In this document: positions 61,301 through 64,000 of the stretch, one piece after another
Numbering within the stretch: the stretch's first letter is position 1
How the letters are laid out: every line of letters starts with the position of its first letter
Source of the DNA: Azolla caroliniana
Lineage: Eukaryota > Plantae > Polypodiophyta
Assembly (NCBI GenBank): GCA_043228905.1
Contig: JBHGNT010000018.1
Span: forward strand, 13,082,001 to 13,146,000
DNA length: 64,000 bases
Direction: 5' to 3'
The notes under the pieces: model-generated
Database searches by the model: none
Told to the model about the DNA's origin: nothing
Seen by the model: only the letters and a program-made list of their open reading frames with translations
Made by a program: the position numbers and the translations under genes

Positions 61301-64000
61301 GGCCGCCGCTTGGTGGCGTGGGCTCTGTACTTTGGGGAAATTGCCCGATACTTGGATAGATTTTGTCACTGTTTTTAAGGGCCAATTTCTACAACCTCCC
61401 TCTCGAACCGAGGTAGCTCAAGCTTTAATGAACCTCTCTAGCAGAAAGTTTTCCTCACTAGAAGACTATGTCCACCATGCTAGAACCCAAATCCAAAAAT
61501 CGGGTCTAGAAGGGGACAATTGGTTAATACCTTATTTTGTCAATGGCATCCCCAATTCGGACTATCACTGGATAGTGCACGATAAGGATCGAAAATCCTT
61601 CGAAGAGGCTGTTGAAATTGTTCTTCACTATCAACGCACTTCGAAGAAGGACCGCAACAAACCCAACGAAGCGCCCGGGACTAAGCAGTCGCAATTCGCT
61701 AGGATACGCAAGACACCCAACGAATTCATGGATCGCGATTGTAAGAGACAACATCCTTTTTGCGTATTCTCCAAAAAGAAGGGTCATACAAAAGCGCAAT
61801 GTTGAAAGCTCCAATGGAAAGAGCACGACAGCAAAGCTAAAGTTGTAGACCACAAAGGTCAGATTCCTAATGTCCTTTAGGTCTATACACATCATTTAAG
61901 TAATTGTCAATGTTCTTTCCCGCACTATGTATTGGGTCCCAATGATTTACTACGTGCAAACGGGTATATCAATGGATCTCCCATACAATTTTTGTTTGAT
62001 TCGGGAAGCTCACACAACTTTGTGAATGATCGTTTGGTTCAGATATGGGGAATCCAACCCACCGTAAGTGATCACACCTATACGGTGCACTTGGCTGATG
62101 GAAGAGTACAATACATCAACTGGGCGATTCATTCATTAGGAATTTCTATTGATACTTATATACAGGAAGTAGACTACCATGTAATGAATCTTTGTACCAC
62201 TGATGTAATACTGGGTTATCCCTGGTTCTATAATAAAATCTCTTCTTTATCTATTGATTGGGTTCATCATTCAATTACATTTGTACTGAACGACTGTACT
62301 CATTTTATGCAATGTGTAAAAAAACAATCCCTCTCGATTGTTTCCTCTCCATCAATATCCGAGTATTCTTGTTCTACTCTATTTTATTGTGTACTTGATC
62401 CGGACATTCTCGTTTACAATATCGATAATGTCTCGGTTCAATTAACATATTTTGAACAACAACAACTTGATGAAATCTTAAATGATTTTCGTGATGTTTT
62501 TCCTAGTGAACTACCAGATGGGTTACCTCCAAAACGTAATATAGACCATCATATATTGTACCTGGCGTTGCACCAATAAGTATACCCCCTTATCTCTTAA
62601 GTCGATCCGAAGAGGATGAGGTATCTAAGCAACTCAAGGACTATTTACGAATGGGTTATATACGTTATAGTAAATCTCCATGGGGGGCACCAGTTCTCTT
62701 GGTTAAGAAGAAAGAGGGCACATGGCGTATGTGTATTAATTACCGACGCTTGAATAAAGTGACGATCAAGAATTTGTATCCATTGCCCCGGGCTGACGAT
62801 CTAATTGACCGTCTCCAGGGAGCTCGGTATTTTACGAAACTTGATCTCCGTACGGGCTACCATCAAATTCGTATAAGTGAGGATGATGTTCCTAAAACAG
62901 CATTTCGTACGCGCTATGGCCATTATGAGTTTTTGGTTATGCCTTTTGGTTTGACCAATGCTCCAGATACATTTCAACTAGAAATGGATGACATTTTCCG
63001 AGAACAACTTGGAAAATTTGTCGTTATTTTCTTGGATGATATTTTAGTTTATAGCTGTACATTACACGAACATGCTAAACATGTCCGCTTTGTTTTACAA
63101 ACATTAGGTGACAAACAGTTTTACGCGAAGATCTCAAAATGTGAATTCTTCAAGAAATCAATTACTTATCTTGGACATCTCATAACCGAACGAGGAGTTG
63201 AAATTGATCCTTCTCGCATTGAGAAAATCAAGCTTTGGCCCACTCTTCGGAATATTCGAGAAGTTCGATCATTCCTTGGTTTTGTCGTGTTTTTGCGAAA
63301 ATCCCTTCGTAATTACTCCCAATTGACAACGTCGTTTACTGATCTTCTAAAAGGTCAAACATGTAAGTCTACAAAACCTATTTTCTGGAATGCTACGCTA
63401 CACCTCGCCTTTAAGGAACTCAAGGACCTGGTGTGCAAGGCTCCTTCACTTCTTTTACCTGATCCTTCAAAACCTTTTGAGGTTGAAACCGATGCAAGCA
63501 ATTATGCTATAGGTGCTATCTTATATCAAGATGGTAAACCAATAGCATTCGAGAGTAAGAAACTTGATTCTGCTCAATGTCGGTATACCGTTCAAGAAAA
63601 GGAATTATTTGCAGTTATACATGCACTCAAAACATGGCGCCATTATCTTTATGGAAATCGCTTTGTGGTAACTACGGACCACGAGTCCTTGAAATATTTT
63701 TGTGACCAACAAGACCTGAAAGGTCGTAAGGCATGATGGGCTGATCTCATGCAGGACTTTGATTTTTCCATACAATATCGTAAAGGTTCCATGAACACTG
63801 TCGCTGATACACTAAGTCGCATCCGTGAAGTTAACATGCTTAGCTTCACTGAAATAACATAAAATCTTTATGTGATGACAGTTATTACGCAAAATACTGG
63901 GCAAGAGTTGAGTCTGGAACAGACACCACCACATCCTCGAAGGAATACTTCTACATTGCTAACGGTCTGCTCTACCGTAATGGGAAGGTTTGTGTTCCAG
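58311..64000 (+). mobile_element. Ty3/Gypsy (chromovirus-like RT): 5' LTR 58311-59065, long leader, gag-pol running off the window
   Basis: TGTGGC...GCCACA LTR with cctataaaag; gag, PR, RT and RH ORFs downstream. Confidence 0.85.
60924..64000 (+). pseudogene. Gypsy gag-PR-RT-RH (few stops and frameshifts)
   Basis: LGGKAAAWW gag; FLFDSGSSHNF; [32 protein letters not shown]; [12 protein letters not shown]. Confidence 0.93.

Overview
Repeat-dominated land-plant nuclear DNA. The PLS-PPR style and transposon types suggest a non-seed plant such as a fern (inference). The only intact host gene is a 6-exon Cys-type glutathione peroxidase (48528-51001). Bases 1162-35825 are one nest. A Bianca-like Copia (A) contains a non-autonomous LTR element (B, TSD ATGAC), which contains a circularly permuted Gypsy (C). 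C contains a Copia (D, TSD ACTTG) and an element with a fold-back LTR (F). D's 3' LTR is interrupted by a 9.4-kb TIR DNA transposon (E, 11140-20495). E is the highlight. Head-to-head with a Sola-like DDE transposase it carries a spliced, now decayed gene for a ParB/Srx-domain fused to a beta-class amino (N6-adenine/N4-cytosine) DNA methyltransferase. Intron 1 of that gene holds eight regularly spaced 33-bp palindromes. Further right lie a Sola2-like transposase remnant with an adjacent FCP1/HAD-like ORF, a PPR fragment and more Copia/Gypsy remnants. Family assignments come from motif recognition by eye; no searches were run.
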